Under the pieces are notes generated by a model that made no database searches, had not been told where the DNA came from, and saw only the letters and a program-made list of their open reading frames with translations. The position numbers and the translations under genes are program-made. DNA of 64,000 nucleotides from a virus (Duplodnaviria > Caudoviricetes). Shown piece after piece: positions 1 through 9,493 of the stretch. The stretch is from positions 5,042-69,041 of IMG/VR virus record IMGVR_UViG_2551306498_000001; one strand, written 5' to 3'. Position 1 is the stretch's first letter, and each line of letters begins with the position of its first letter.

Positions 1-2
1 CT

Positions 3-611
3 ACTATCAAAAAAGTCGTTGAAGATTACTTTGGCTCCTATGGAGATTTCCGTAAAGAGTTGGAAAACCAAGTAAAAGAACAACTCGAAATTGATATGAG
101 CAAACTTGGAATTGGCGGATACAATCTCATGGTTCTGAATGAAGTGAAGTCTCAATTGGAAACTGCACTGCATATTCAGGGCGTCCAAAAAATCAAAGAA
201 AATATGGAAAGGATGCTCGTTGGTGTCAAGTCAGAATACAAGTTATCTGAATTAGTTGAGGCTATGAAAAAGGACGAAAACGAGGATCGCGATAAAGATG
301 GCGAAAAAATAGGGTTCATTATTGAAGAGAGCGATTACGGTTACAAGCATATTTACTTTGATCCTGAAAGTGACGGGACAGAATCATGGCGCTCTAGCAG
401 ATCAAAATACAATTACAAGTATCAACTTCACTTAGATAAAGAGGGTCATGTCTATAATTCTAAAATTGATAGTCATGATTTATCTAAAAACAACGAGATC
501 ATGACATCATTTTATGACTTTGATAAATTAATGTTCCAAATTTTCGCGACAGGAGCGAAAGTTGTTGTCGATGAAGATGATGTAGATACCTATTACGGTG
601 ATGATTATTAA
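3..611 (+). CDS. Hypothetical phage early protein, 5'-truncated by the window edge
   Basis: The frame of track ORF 60..611 is open from base 3 (TIKKVVEDYFGSYGDFRKELENQ...). Acidic C-terminus; no family recognised. Confidence 0.7.
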   Translation, partial: TIKKVVEDYFGSYGDFRKELENQVKEQLEIDMSKLGIGGYNLMVLNEVKSQLETALHIQGVQKIKENMERMLVGVKSEYKLSELVEAMKKDENEDRDKDGEKIGFIIEESDYGYKHIYFDPESDGTESWRSSRSKYNYKYQLHLDKEGHVYNSKIDSHDLSKNNEIMTSFYDFDKLMFQIFATGAKVVVDEDDVDTYYGDDY

Positions 612-625
612 AGATTAATTTAGGA

Positions 626-1033
626 GTGACTGCATTGTCTCTACAAAAACAATATACATTAGGTGAGTTATACAGCCTAGCAGAACAGTGCAGTCACGAT
701 TATCCGGCTACACTGGCTCGGAAGATCGAGTTTTTGACCGAGGTACAGGTTATTTTGGGCCGTAGAGCTGCTGAAGCAGTGAGAGACTATAAACGTATCT
801 ACGCCCAGAGAAAGCGTGAGTATGCAGAAGCATACCTTGCTGCTGGCAAAGACAAAGCTCAGCGTGCGGAGCTGGCAATCATTGAGATTCGTCTTAAGGA
901 AGCTGATGCTGAGGCAGACAAGGTTCGCTGGCATAACGCAGTGGAAAGTAATGATCAGGTTATCAATTCGTTGAAATATAGCTTGAAGGTTCTTCTGGCG
1001 GAATTCAACAATCCAGCCAGTGGAAAGAGATAG
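626..1033 (+). CDS. Hypothetical helical/coiled-coil phage protein
   Basis: 135-aa ORF, RBS TAGGA upstream, co-oriented with the replication genes. Confidence 0.7.
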   Translation: MTALSLQKQYTLGELYSLAEQCSHDYPATLARKIEFLTEVQVILGRRAAEAVRDYKRIYAQRKREYAEAYLAAGKDKAQRAELAIIEIRLKEADAEADKVRWHNAVESNDQVINSLKYSLKVLLAEFNNPASGKR

Positions 1034-1051
1034 TAATCAGAATTTTCCGGG

Positions 1052-2086
1052 GTGAGGAGAGTGGCAAGTCCCCAGTTAAAGAATGGATTCATCGGGATTG
1101 CTAATGAAATATGGGATGAGATAATCAGCCGGAAGTTCACAGAAAGGCAACAAAAGATTCTCAAGCTGATTCTAAGGCTGTCGTATGGCTGCCAGAAGAA
1201 AGAGGCAGTTATCCCTCTCTTGAAGCATTTCGAACTATGTGGAGTACGCATACAGGACGCTAAAAAAGAGATCACTTACTTGGGACAATGTAAGGTAATT
1301 TATTGGGATGGCAAACAGGTCTATTCTCTCAACAAAAACTATGATGAATGGCGTGTCAGTCTTGTGAAAGAGTGGGATCGTGAAAAATTTTCAGAACTTA
1401 TCTCTTTAAATATAGGCAGTAAAAAAGTTACGAAAAGTGTAACTCCAGAAAGTGAAGAACAAGATGAAAGTTACGAAAAGTGTAACTCCGAAGTTACGAA
1501 AAGTGTAACTGATGAGTTACGAAAAGTGGAAGTCGAAGAGAGTCCAATCCCTTGTGGGAGTAAGGCTGAAGGCACCTCTAAAGACATGTTTAAAGACATT
1601 ATTAAAGTTGGTTGTTGTTTAACTGATCCCGATTCGGTATTTGAACCGTACACGGGAAACCCGGATTCTGTTCCTAAACCCGAAGCAGATACTGACTCTG
1701 ATCGGGAGGTTTCCCAAACGGAATATCGTAATCAAGTGGCAGCTCGTTATCTCCAGAGAAGAGGCAAGGGACTGGAGATAACCTTAAACGATGAAGATGC
1801 GGTTAAACAATTCATAGCTGAGAGGATTCCGCTCCAAACAGTTATCGATGGTATTGACCAATCGTTTGACAATTTTAAACCCAAGAACAAATGGGATCAG
1901 ATACGAAACCTGAGTTACTGCGCAACAGTTGTATATTCACTGCATGCCAAACGTGAGGTTTCAGACACAGCAGAAATTCAAATAACGACTCCCGTACCAA
2001 ATGCGCCGATTGAACCGGTATCTAACGTGACCGCAGATGATTTAAAACAAATGCTGGCTGATCTAAGGTCGAAGCAAGGAGAGTGA
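1052..2086 (+). CDS. Phage replication initiator (lambda O-like N-terminal domain)
   Basis: N-terminus 'PQLKNGFIGIANEIWDEII...RQQKILKLILRLSYGCQKK' is typical of phage replication protein O. Internal iterons; followed by a helicase loader. Confidence 0.85.
   Translation: MRRVASPQLKNGFIGIANEIWDEIISRKFTERQQKILKLILRLSYGCQKKEAVIPLLKHFELCGVRIQDAKKEITYLGQCKVIYWDGKQVYSLNKNYDEWRVSLVKEWDREKFSELISLNIGSKKVTKSVTPESEEQDESYEKCNSEVTKSVTDELRKVEVEESPIPCGSKAEGTSKDMFKDIIKVGCCLTDPDSVFEPYTGNPDSVPKPEADTDSDREVSQTEYRNQVAARYLQRRGKGLEITLNDEDAVKQFIAERIPLQTVIDGIDQSFDNFKPKNKWDQIRNLSYCATVVYSLHAKREVSDTAEIQITTPVPNAPIEPVSNVTADDLKQMLADLRSKQGE
1426..1528 (+). repeat. Iteron array (probable replication origin): AGTTACGAAAAGTGTAACT x3 plus one partial
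   Basis: Copies at 1426-1444, 1469-1487, 1492-1510, partial 1515-1528. Each has self-complementary ends AGTTAC/GTAACT; all lie inside the initiator gene, as in lambda ori. Confidence 0.8.
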
Positions 2087-2090
2087 GTAC

Positions 2091-3026
2091 ATGGGCAGCT
2101 TTCAGGAGGAACTCAAGGCACTAATTCCCCCAAGGTTTGCAGAAAGAAGGCAGGCAGCTATTCAGCAGATTGACAGGCATCCGGAAATCAAACGGCTCAG
2201 ACAAGCCTATCCTGATCGATCGGGAGACCTTACAAGCCCTAGAAGATACAGGGATGTATCCGAACATTTGGCTCAATGTGATGCATGCGAGACGTGCCCC
2301 GGTCTAATAGGATGTCAGAACGTCCAGAAGGGTCATAGGAGCGTTGAAGAACCGAGCCCAGATAAACAGGACGAGTTGGTGTTCAGGCTTAAAAAATGCG
2401 AGCTGTTGAAGTCTTACGAGCGGCAACAGGGCATAGGAGAACGAATTAAGAGTCACTTCATTCCTGAGCATATTTTGAACGCCACCTTTGACGACATTGA
2501 ACCTGATCCTCCGAGGATGGCAGCTATTGCGGGAGCAGTGAAGTTTTGTAGTGAATTTGTTCCCAAAGAAACGGTACAAGGATTGTATTTGTACGGCCCA
2601 ATGGGAGTGGGCAAGAGCTGTTTTGCCGGAGCTATCGCACGGGAGTTAGCTAAATGTGAAGTGGATGTCCTCATGGTGTACGTACCTGACTTTATCGAAG
2701 AGGTTAAGGATGCCATTGGCTCCAAAGAGAGCGTAGCAAAGAAACTGGATGCTCTCAGAACGGTACCAGTGCTTATCATGGATGATATTGGGGCAGAGTC
2801 GATGAGTGGTTGGGTAAGGGATGAAGTTATTGGTCCGGTTCTCCAGAGACGTATGGAGCGGTTGCCGACCATCTACACATCCAATCTAACGATACAAGAG
2901 TTGTTCAAACATTTTGCCAATGCCAAGGGATCTCAGGATGAGAAGAAGGCAGCTCGGATCATTGAGCGGATCGAACCATTTGTAAAGTTGCTGCCAGTAG
3001 GTGGAAGAAATAGACGGAGGGGATAA
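2091..3026 (+). CDS. DnaI/DnaC-like helicase loader ATPase
   Basis: Walker A GPMGVGKS, Walker B LIMDDIG, 'PTIYTSN' motif, N-terminal Cys cluster (CDACETCPGLIGC). Confidence 0.9.
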   Translation: MGSFQEELKALIPPRFAERRQAAIQQIDRHPEIKRLRQAYPDRSGDLTSPRRYRDVSEHLAQCDACETCPGLIGCQNVQKGHRSVEEPSPDKQDELVFRLKKCELLKSYERQQGIGERIKSHFIPEHILNATFDDIEPDPPRMAAIAGAVKFCSEFVPKETVQGLYLYGPMGVGKSCFAGAIARELAKCEVDVLMVYVPDFIEEVKDAIGSKESVAKKLDALRTVPVLIMDDIGAESMSGWVRDEVIGPVLQRRMERLPTIYTSNLTIQELFKHFANAKGSQDEKKAARIIERIEPFVKLLPVGGRNRRRG

Positions 3027-3030
3027 CCGA

Positions 3031-3174
3031 ATGTGCAAAACATGTAACGGTCAAAAGGTAACGTACCAGTTCAATGGTGCAATGATGATGTTGGGTCCGT
3101 GTCCAGCATGCAATCCTAATGCTAAAAGTGCTGTGAAGGAGGGAATCCGACCTTATGAAAATAGTCGTGGATAG
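3031..3174 (+). CDS. Small zinc-finger protein (47 aa, not in ORF track)
   Basis: MCKTCNGQKVTYQFNGAMMMLGPCPACNPN...: two CxxC motifs, RBS GGAGGG upstream. Confidence 0.65.
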   Translation: MCKTCNGQKVTYQFNGAMMMLGPCPACNPNAKSAVKEGIRPYENSRG

Positions 3175-4285
3175 TGAGCTGCTGGCAGAAGCCTTGGAAG
3201 ATGCAAGCAAGGCCATTGCAAGCAAGAACATTATGCCTATTCTGGATTGCTTCTTAATCGAGGCTGGTACAGAAGGTGTTAAGGTCACTGGAACGGATAC
3301 ACGTACAACGATACAGTCATACATTTTCAGTGAACACGTTCAAGTTGAATCGCCTGGTCAGATCGCACTCCCTAAGCTATCCCTTGAAGTAATCAAGAAA
3401 CTAAATGGTGATGTGAGCATTGAGAAAAAAGGCAACAACGCGATTATCATTTCTAGGAAGAAGGAAATTGACATGGGTGTATTTGATCCAGAAGAGTTTC
3501 CGAGGGTGCCTGACATTGATGACAGCGAGTTATTTGAGACTACAGGCAGAGAACTTAAACGGCTATTCAGAAAAGCGACTTATGCTGCTGATCCAACAGG
3601 GAAGAATGCGGCAATCCTGGCCGGAGCACATGTATACATCAATGACGGAGTATTTGGCATTGAAGCGACAGACCGGCACAGACTTGCAAAAACGGAGCAG
3701 CACACAGAAGTAGGTAACTTGGGTGGAGCTGTCATTGAGGCCAAGGCATTGGGTGAGTTGCAGAAGATAATCTTGGATAAAGACAATCTTGAATTCGGAT
3801 TCTCTAAATCTTCTACCGGGGCCGTGGTACATGTATTTGCGAGAACAGATCGTTTTACCTTTTACTCCCGAGTGTTGGAGGGGGCGTTCCCGGATGTGAG
3901 CCGGATGTCGATTGTGCCAGATGGTGTTACCGAGGTGATCGTAGATAAAGGAGAGATAATGAGTTGTCTTGACCTCGTATACACACTTGCCAAGGAAGAA
4001 AAGCATAACCAGATCGTCATCAGTATCACAGAGAATGAAGTGAGCATTCGCGGCAAAGGGAGAGAATCTGGAAAGGCAATTGAGAGTATAGTTCCAGTTT
4101 CGTTTAAAGGCGAAAATTTTGCCGTTGCCCTGAATTCCAAGTACTTCATAGATGCTATCAAAGCATTAGAAGGAGATAAGGTGACACTGGTTTTCCCTGG
4201 CAAGTTGAAGCCAATTTATATCTTGGATGAAAGTGACGAGAGATCACTCCACATTGTACTTCCTTATAGGACGGAAGAAGTGTAA
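3155..4285 (+). CDS. dnaN: DNA polymerase III beta sliding clamp (phage-encoded)
   Basis: 376 aa with beta-clamp motifs 'MPILDCFLIEA', 'EATDRHRL', 'SRVLEGAFPD', 'LNSKYFIDAIKAL', 'IVLPYR'. Confidence 0.92.
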   Translation: MKIVVDSELLAEALEDASKAIASKNIMPILDCFLIEAGTEGVKVTGTDTRTTIQSYIFSEHVQVESPGQIALPKLSLEVIKKLNGDVSIEKKGNNAIIISRKKEIDMGVFDPEEFPRVPDIDDSELFETTGRELKRLFRKATYAADPTGKNAAILAGAHVYINDGVFGIEATDRHRLAKTEQHTEVGNLGGAVIEAKALGELQKIILDKDNLEFGFSKSSTGAVVHVFARTDRFTFYSRVLEGAFPDVSRMSIVPDGVTEVIVDKGEIMSCLDLVYTLAKEEKHNQIVISITENEVSIRGKGRESGKAIESIVPVSFKGENFAVALNSKYFIDAIKALEGDKVTLVFPGKLKPIYILDESDERSLHIVLPYRTEEV

Positions 4286-4797
4286 TGAACAAATACAATG
4301 CAACCAAAGTGATCGTCACTGAAGACGGGACATTGTTCTCGGAATGGATCGTTAAAAAGCACAGTCTGGATATAACCGGTATACGATTCGATAGCATAGC
4401 TGAGGGAGAGTATTATCAGCTCCTTCTCCAGCAAAAGAGGTTTGGGGAGATTAAAGCCTTCGAATGTCATCCTAAATTTGTTCTTCAAGAGAAACCGAAG
4501 GTCACTTACACTGCTGACTTCCTAGTAACAGAATTAGATAACAGTCAACGGGTGGTGGATATTAAAGGAGTGGAGACCTCCACATTCCGAGTCAAACTGA
4601 AACTATTCCAAGCTAAATATCCGACTTTACCAATAGATATACTTGTTAAAAAGCGAGGAGAATTCATTCCTCTTGCACAATACAAGAAGGAAAAATCAGC
4701 GCGTAAACGGGCGGCGAATGCACTTAAAAAACGAGTAGATGAAGGGAGAAATCAAAATGAAAATCAAACATACCGTAATCAAAAACGAGGACATTAA
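4285..4797 (+). CDS. DUF1064-like PD-(D/E)xK nuclease-fold phage protein
   Basis: 'FDSIAEGEYY', 'FECHPKFVLQE', 'YTADFLV', 'VVDIKG' motifs. Confidence 0.75.
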   Translation: MNKYNATKVIVTEDGTLFSEWIVKKHSLDITGIRFDSIAEGEYYQLLLQQKRFGEIKAFECHPKFVLQEKPKVTYTADFLVTELDNSQRVVDIKGVETSTFRVKLKLFQAKYPTLPIDILVKKRGEFIPLAQYKKEKSARKRAANALKKRVDEGRNQNENQTYRNQKRGH

Positions 4798-5050
4798 TAA
4801 GCATCTTAACCAACAGGAGAAAGAAGACTTGCTGCGCTTGTTTCATAAAATTCAGTATGGTCGAGTTTCGGAGGGGAAAGTTGGGTTCAACATGTACCTG
4901 GTTGTAAATACAGACGAAACTTACGCTGAAGACGTTGTGCAGATCTTACAGGAAAACGGTCATTGGGGTCCAACACACGATCCAAATCAAATCGAGTTTC
5001 GGCAAGAGGGAGATACGATGGAGCTTCCAGAAGTTAAGAATCCCGTCTGA
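4757..5050 (+). CDS. Hypothetical protein
   Basis: ORF with RBS GGGAGA; start assigned at ATG 4757. Confidence 0.65.
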   Translation: MKIKHTVIKNEDINKHLNQQEKEDLLRLFHKIQYGRVSEGKVGFNMYLVVNTDETYAEDVVQILQENGHWGPTHDPNQIEFRQEGDTMELPEVKNPV

Positions 5051-5077
5051 ATGGAAATTAAAAAGGAGCACAGAGGT

Positions 5078-5290
5078 TTACTTATCCTCTTGCTCCTGCA
5101 CTATAAACAAATCTTCCACACCTATACCTAATGCTCTTGCAATAGTGAACAAATGTGTAGATTCATGACGAGTATTTCTATCAAATCGACTTAAGGTTCC
5201 CTGAGGAATACCGGTCATTTCTGATAATTGTTGTTGAGTAATCCCCTTTTCTTTTAAAAGAGGCATTAAATTAGGTTTCACGTTAATCAT
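5078..5290 (-). CDS. XRE-family HTH transcriptional regulator (70 aa)
   Basis: MINVKPNLMPLLKEKGITQQQLSEMTGIPQGTLSRF...IARALGIGVEDLF. RBS GAAAGGGTGG on the minus strand puts the start at 5290. Confidence 0.85.
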   Translation of the reverse strand: MINVKPNLMPLLKEKGITQQQLSEMTGIPQGTLSRFDRNTRHESTHLFTIARALGIGVEDLFIVQEQEDK

Positions 5291-5314
5291 AGCAGCCACC
5301 CTTTCAAAGAGATT

Positions 5315-5412
5315 ATACGATAACGAATATTTATTAGCAAGATGGATTGACTGAATATTCGATATCGTATATGATTGAGTCAAGAACAAATATACGTAAT
5401 ACGATAACGAAT
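5315..5412. promoter_or_regulatory. Three 14-bp operator-like sites spaced 42 bp apart in a divergent intergenic region
   Basis: ATACGATAACGAAT at 5315 and 5399. ATTCGATATCGTAT at 5357 is the reverse complement with one mismatch. Confidence 0.65.
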
Positions 5413-5435
5413 ATAATAATGGGGGCTGAATCACT

Positions 5436-5597
5436 TTGAGAAGAACTTACAAAGAAACACCATACTGGACCGATGGATATTGGGAATTTGAATACGACCT
5501 CACTTTACTTACCATCTGGATTAGAGAGTTGAAAGTTCGTCTGAGCGAACGGAAACAGGCCATTAGGCTCAGAGCGTTCACTGGATATGTCCAGTGA
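5436..5597 (+). CDS. Hypothetical 53-aa protein (not in track)
   Basis: TTG start after a GGGGG RBS; MRRTYKETPYWTDGYWEFEYDLTLLTIWIRELKVRLSERKQAIRLRAFTGYVQ. Confidence 0.55.
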   Translation: MRRTYKETPYWTDGYWEFEYDLTLLTIWIRELKVRLSERKQAIRLRAFTGYVQ

Positions 5598-5710
5598 GGT
5601 TGGCACCACTCAGAGGTAAAGGAAATATTTCCTTACCTCATCTAAGAAACGCTTTACTGGAACGATCAACATTGTACTGGAACTTAATAGTCAATTGGGA
5701 GGTGTGCTAT

Positions 5711-5890
5711 GTGACTGAAGCTGAGAAAGATGAATTCTCCGCAGCTTTATCTGAAAGGTATGCGCAGGTTAAACAATTAAGTTCTTCTAACAAAAAATTG
5801 ATAAGCACTTGGGATGCAGTGATTAGTGACTTGCCTCTCGATATAAAATCAAAGTTTGAAGAAAAACAGAGTCAACTTTCGGCTTTGTAA
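5711..5890 (+). CDS. Hypothetical protein
   Basis: GTG start after GGGAGG; C-terminal part of track ORF 5594..5890. Confidence 0.6.
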   Translation: MTEAEKDEFSAALSERYAQVKQLSSSNKKLISTWDAVISDLPLDIKSKFEEKQSQLSAL

Positions 5891-5903
5891 AGGAGGTTTG
5901 GAT

Positions 5904-6086
5904 ATGAGTGCCCTAAACTTGAACAATTTCGATGAACAACCCACTGAAGTGCAACAAGCCGTTGCTTTTTATGTTGGATACACAGTAAACGGAGTACAGG
6001 CCACTTCTCAGGAAAGACAGGCTCATTACGCTGTTTTAGAGCGTGTTGGATTGTTGGAACCTATAAAATCCGTAGTGGGTATGTAG
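5904..6086 (+). CDS. Hypothetical protein
   Basis: ATG after AAGGAGG; 60 aa. Confidence 0.65.
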   Translation: MSALNLNNFDEQPTEVQQAVAFYVGYTVNGVQATSQERQAHYAVLERVGLLEPIKSVVGM

Positions 6087-6135
6087 TGAATTAGGTTCAA
6101 AATATAAGCATAAGGACAGGGAAAGCGAAGGAAAG

Positions 6136-6813
6136 GTGGATGAAGAAATGGCCCATCAGACATTCTGGAAACCTGAGAAAAAAGTGAAAGAAAAGAAAAT
6201 GAGCAGCTTCGGGCGGAGTAAGAAAGACAAAAAGCCTGTACCGGAATGGAAGAAGGACATTTTAGCCCATCACCAATCCAGACCAGGCTCGAAAGAGCGC
6301 GGCGATTTTCCAAAAGAAGTCATAGCTGAACTTATCGAAGAATCAAACGGAATTTGTGAATGCTGCAAGATCGCGGAAGGGACGACTACTCACCATGTAT
6401 ATCCGCGAGGAAGGAAAGGGCGCGGAGTTAAAACCAACGGGCTGCGGCTCTGCTGGCCCTGTCATGATCGGATACAAACGAATGAGGAATTACTCCAGTT
6501 TTGGATATCTGCCTTCCGCGATAAGTATGGGGATCGATTCTGGTTCGATGAACAGGATTGGGGCGAGTACAACCTGAAACAAGAGGTACAGCAGAAAGCA
6601 GATCAGGAGAAACAGAACCGCCAGCAAACTTTAAACCCGGTAAAAGAACTTATCTCTTCTGCGGCAGGACGTTCGTTGAAAGCGAAAGAGGTTCGGCTTA
6701 TTGAAATGATGGATGATAAACAAATCGCAATATTCGAGACTTTGATTAACGATATCGTAAGAGTTGAAGAGAAGCATCAAGTTCCGTTTGGATACGGACA
6801 CTTCGATGATTAA
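6136..6813 (+). CDS. HNH endonuclease-domain protein
   Basis: 'CECCK...THHVYPRGRKGRGVKTNGLRLCWPCHDRI' has the HNH/CxxC pattern. Confidence 0.75.
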   Translation: MDEEMAHQTFWKPEKKVKEKKMSSFGRSKKDKKPVPEWKKDILAHHQSRPGSKERGDFPKEVIAELIEESNGICECCKIAEGTTTHHVYPRGRKGRGVKTNGLRLCWPCHDRIQTNEELLQFWISAFRDKYGDRFWFDEQDWGEYNLKQEVQQKADQEKQNRQQTLNPVKELISSAAGRSLKAKEVRLIEMMDDKQIAIFETLINDIVRVEEKHQVPFGYGHFDD

Positions 6814-6901
6814 TATGAAAATAATTCATATAACAACGAATGTATAACGTTATCTGGGGTTGTAGTTCCCCGGATAACAGAGGAAGGGAGACAAGACACA
6901 C

Positions 6902-8320
6902 ATGAAGGAAATCATAGTCGATAATTTCGCAGGCGGTGGCGGTGCCAGTACGGGAATTGAGTTGGCAACCGGTCGCAGCGTAGATATAGCAATCAATCAC
7001 GATCCGGCAGCTATCGCGATGCACGAGGTCAATCACCCTGAGACGGTCCATTATCAAGAGGATGTGTGGGAAGTTGATCCACGCGAGGTGTGCGCCGGCA
7101 GGCCGGTTGCATTGAATTGGCTCAGTCCTTCATGCACTCATCACAGTAATGCTGCTGCTGGAAAGCCGAAGAACAAGCAACTCAGGGGCCAAGCATGGCT
7201 TGCTGTTAAATGGGCAGCTACTGTAAGGCCAAGGGTTCAAATATTGGAGAACGTCAAAGAGTTTCAATCATGGGGTCCATTGCTTGAAAACGGACAGCCT
7301 GATCCAAAACGGAAGGCACTTACCTATAACACTTTCGTCAATGCGATGAAGCGGCAAGGATACCAGGTTGAAACCAAATTATTAAAAGCATGTGATTACG
7401 GGGCGCCAACCAGCCGAGAGAGATTTTTCATGGTAATGCGATCAGATGGCAAGCGGATTATGTGGCCTGAACCGACCCATGGCGATCCAAAATCACCAGA
7501 AGTTAAAAGTGGTTTGCTGAAACCTTGGAGGAACGCAGGAGAATGTATCGATTGGTCCATTGAATGCCCATCTATTTTCACTAGGGAAAAGCCTTTGGTG
7601 GAGAAGACATTAAAACGCATAGCAAGAGGGTTGCAGCGGTTCGTGATAGAAAACGAGAATCCCTATATCGTGCCTGATCATGCAGCTGTGAGCAATCTTG
7701 GAAACAGGGATGAATTGGTTATGGCTTTTCTCTCCAAGTATTACGGCGAGGTATCACCTACTGAGGCACGGGGACAGCGCTTGGATGAGCCAATGCACAC
7801 AATCAGTACGGCGAATCGTTTTGCGCTTGTCACAAGTCATCTGGTTAAGTTTCGCGGTGATAATTACGGCAGTGGTACAGACCAACCCTTGCCAACGATC
7901 ACAGCAGGCGGCATACACGCTGGAGAGGTTCGGGCGCTGCTCATTAAATACTACGGTGCCGGAGTGGGCCAGAGCCTTCACGATCCGATGCACACCATAC
8001 CAACTAAAGACCGATTCGGGTTGGTGCTTATCAAAGGAACGCCGTATCAAATCGTTGATATAGGGTTCCGAATGCTGAAGGCCCGTGAGTTGTACCCGGC
8101 ACAAGGATTCCCATCCAGTTACATTATTGACCGAGATGCACGAGGCAATAAATATCCTGCATCAGCTCAGGTAGCCCGTTGCGGCAACGCAGTTCCACCG
8201 CCATTTGCAGAGGCGATGTTCCGGGCGAATCTGCCGGAGCTTTGCACAGGATCGGGAAACAACCTGACGCTGGAACGTTACGCAGAACAGGAGCAAGGAC
8301 AAATGGCATTCAGCATGTAG
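6902..8320 (+). CDS. Orphan DNA (cytosine-5) methyltransferase
   Basis: Motif I 'DNFAGGGG', catalytic 'SPSC', 'ENVKEF', 'PTSRERFF', C-terminal 'CGNAVPP'. Confidence 0.92.
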   Translation: MKEIIVDNFAGGGGASTGIELATGRSVDIAINHDPAAIAMHEVNHPETVHYQEDVWEVDPREVCAGRPVALNWLSPSCTHHSNAAAGKPKNKQLRGQAWLAVKWAATVRPRVQILENVKEFQSWGPLLENGQPDPKRKALTYNTFVNAMKRQGYQVETKLLKACDYGAPTSRERFFMVMRSDGKRIMWPEPTHGDPKSPEVKSGLLKPWRNAGECIDWSIECPSIFTREKPLVEKTLKRIARGLQRFVIENENPYIVPDHAAVSNLGNRDELVMAFLSKYYGEVSPTEARGQRLDEPMHTISTANRFALVTSHLVKFRGDNYGSGTDQPLPTITAGGIHAGEVRALLIKYYGAGVGQSLHDPMHTIPTKDRFGLVLIKGTPYQIVDIGFRMLKARELYPAQGFPSSYIIDRDARGNKYPASAQVARCGNAVPPPFAEAMFRANLPELCTGSGNNLTLERYAEQEQGQMAFSM

Positions 8321-8349
8321 CACCCCATAACAGAGGAAGGAGCGGAGAT

Positions 8350-9150
8350 ATGAAGATGCCCAGGATTCTACACTACCCAGGGAGCAAATGGAGCATGACG
8401 GATTGGATTATCAGCCAGTTCCCTGATCACACCACATACTTGGAACCCTTCTTCGGTAGCGGAGCCATACTTTTTAATAAAAGCAGATCTATTCTCGAAA
8501 CGGTGAACGACCTGGACGGTGAGGTATCTAACCTGTTTCAGATCATTCGGGATCAGCCCGAAGAACTGGCCAGACTTATTCATTGGACTCCATATGCCCG
8601 AGAAGAGTATTACAAGGGCTATGAAACCGAAGGGGACGATATCGAACGGGCACGCAGATTCTTGGTCCGTTGCTGGATGGCCCGAGGCGGAAAAACAAGT
8701 GATCGGACAGGATGGAGGCACATCATTGATTTGAACGCACCTCATCCAGCTCGTGACTGGCAGAAGCTACCGGACAAAATCATGCAAGTGACGGACCGCC
8801 TAAGGGATGTGCAGATAGAATGTCAGCCTGCTGTGAAGCTGATTGAACGATATAAACGCCCCGAAGTCCTTATATATGCAGATCCACCATATATCCTATC
8901 AACTCGCAGTAAGCGGATGTATAAGAACGAAATGAATGAGGATGATCACACGGAACTACTTGACGCTTTAATGGATCATCCTGGACCGGTTGTACTTTCA
9001 GGATACGCGCATCCGATGTATGACGAGCGATTGGCAGAGTGGCGCAGGGAAACGAAGTCGGTCAAAGCAGAAGCTGGTCGGATCCGGACCGAGGTTTTAT
9101 GGATTAATCCGATAGCTGCTGGAAAAGTCGGACAGATGGCACTTTTTTAA
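8350..9150 (+). CDS. Orphan DNA adenine methyltransferase (Dam/D12 class)
   Basis: 'YPGSKW', 'YLEPFFGSGA', 'NDLD', catalytic 'DPPY'. Start at ATG 8350 after RBS, not the track's 8179. Confidence 0.92.
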   Translation: MKMPRILHYPGSKWSMTDWIISQFPDHTTYLEPFFGSGAILFNKSRSILETVNDLDGEVSNLFQIIRDQPEELARLIHWTPYAREEYYKGYETEGDDIERARRFLVRCWMARGGKTSDRTGWRHIIDLNAPHPARDWQKLPDKIMQVTDRLRDVQIECQPAVKLIERYKRPEVLIYADPPYILSTRSKRMYKNEMNEDDHTELLDALMDHPGPVVLSGYAHPMYDERLAEWRRETKSVKAEAGRIRTEVLWINPIAAGKVGQMALF

Positions 9151-9276
9151 CAGAGGAAGGGAATACCCTCCCTTCCCACCACACACTACAAAGTTAATAA
9201 AATTGGGAGGGTACCGCTCGATTTACATTTATTAGATAAATTATTGGGTTTAGGCCCACCAAAGGAGAGATAACAC

Positions 9277-9456
9277 TTGCCTGAAATTAAAAATGACATT
9301 GTATACGTTGTGAGAAATGAATCAACAGGTGATATCGAAATGGCGACCACCAATGACTTTGAAGCCTGGTGTTACTACCGTGATGTTCCAACGGTGTCGC
9401 TAAGTGTGTTCATCAAGAAAAACATGATTTCTTATTCACCGCCTTCAAACAAATAG
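9277..9456 (+). CDS. Hypothetical 59-aa protein (not in track)
   Basis: TTG after AAAGGAGA; MPEIKNDIVYVVRNESTGDIEMATTNDFEAW... Confidence 0.55.
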   Translation: MPEIKNDIVYVVRNESTGDIEMATTNDFEAWCYYRDVPTVSLSVFIKKNMISYSPPSNK

Positions 9457-9493
9457 CTGTGAGGCTCGGGCCTCTAACCAAGGAGGGATACAG

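Noticed and set aside
8179-8349. N-terminal extension of the adenine MTase given in the ORF track
   Set aside because: It overlaps the C5-MTase end; the RBS and motif start fit ATG 8350.
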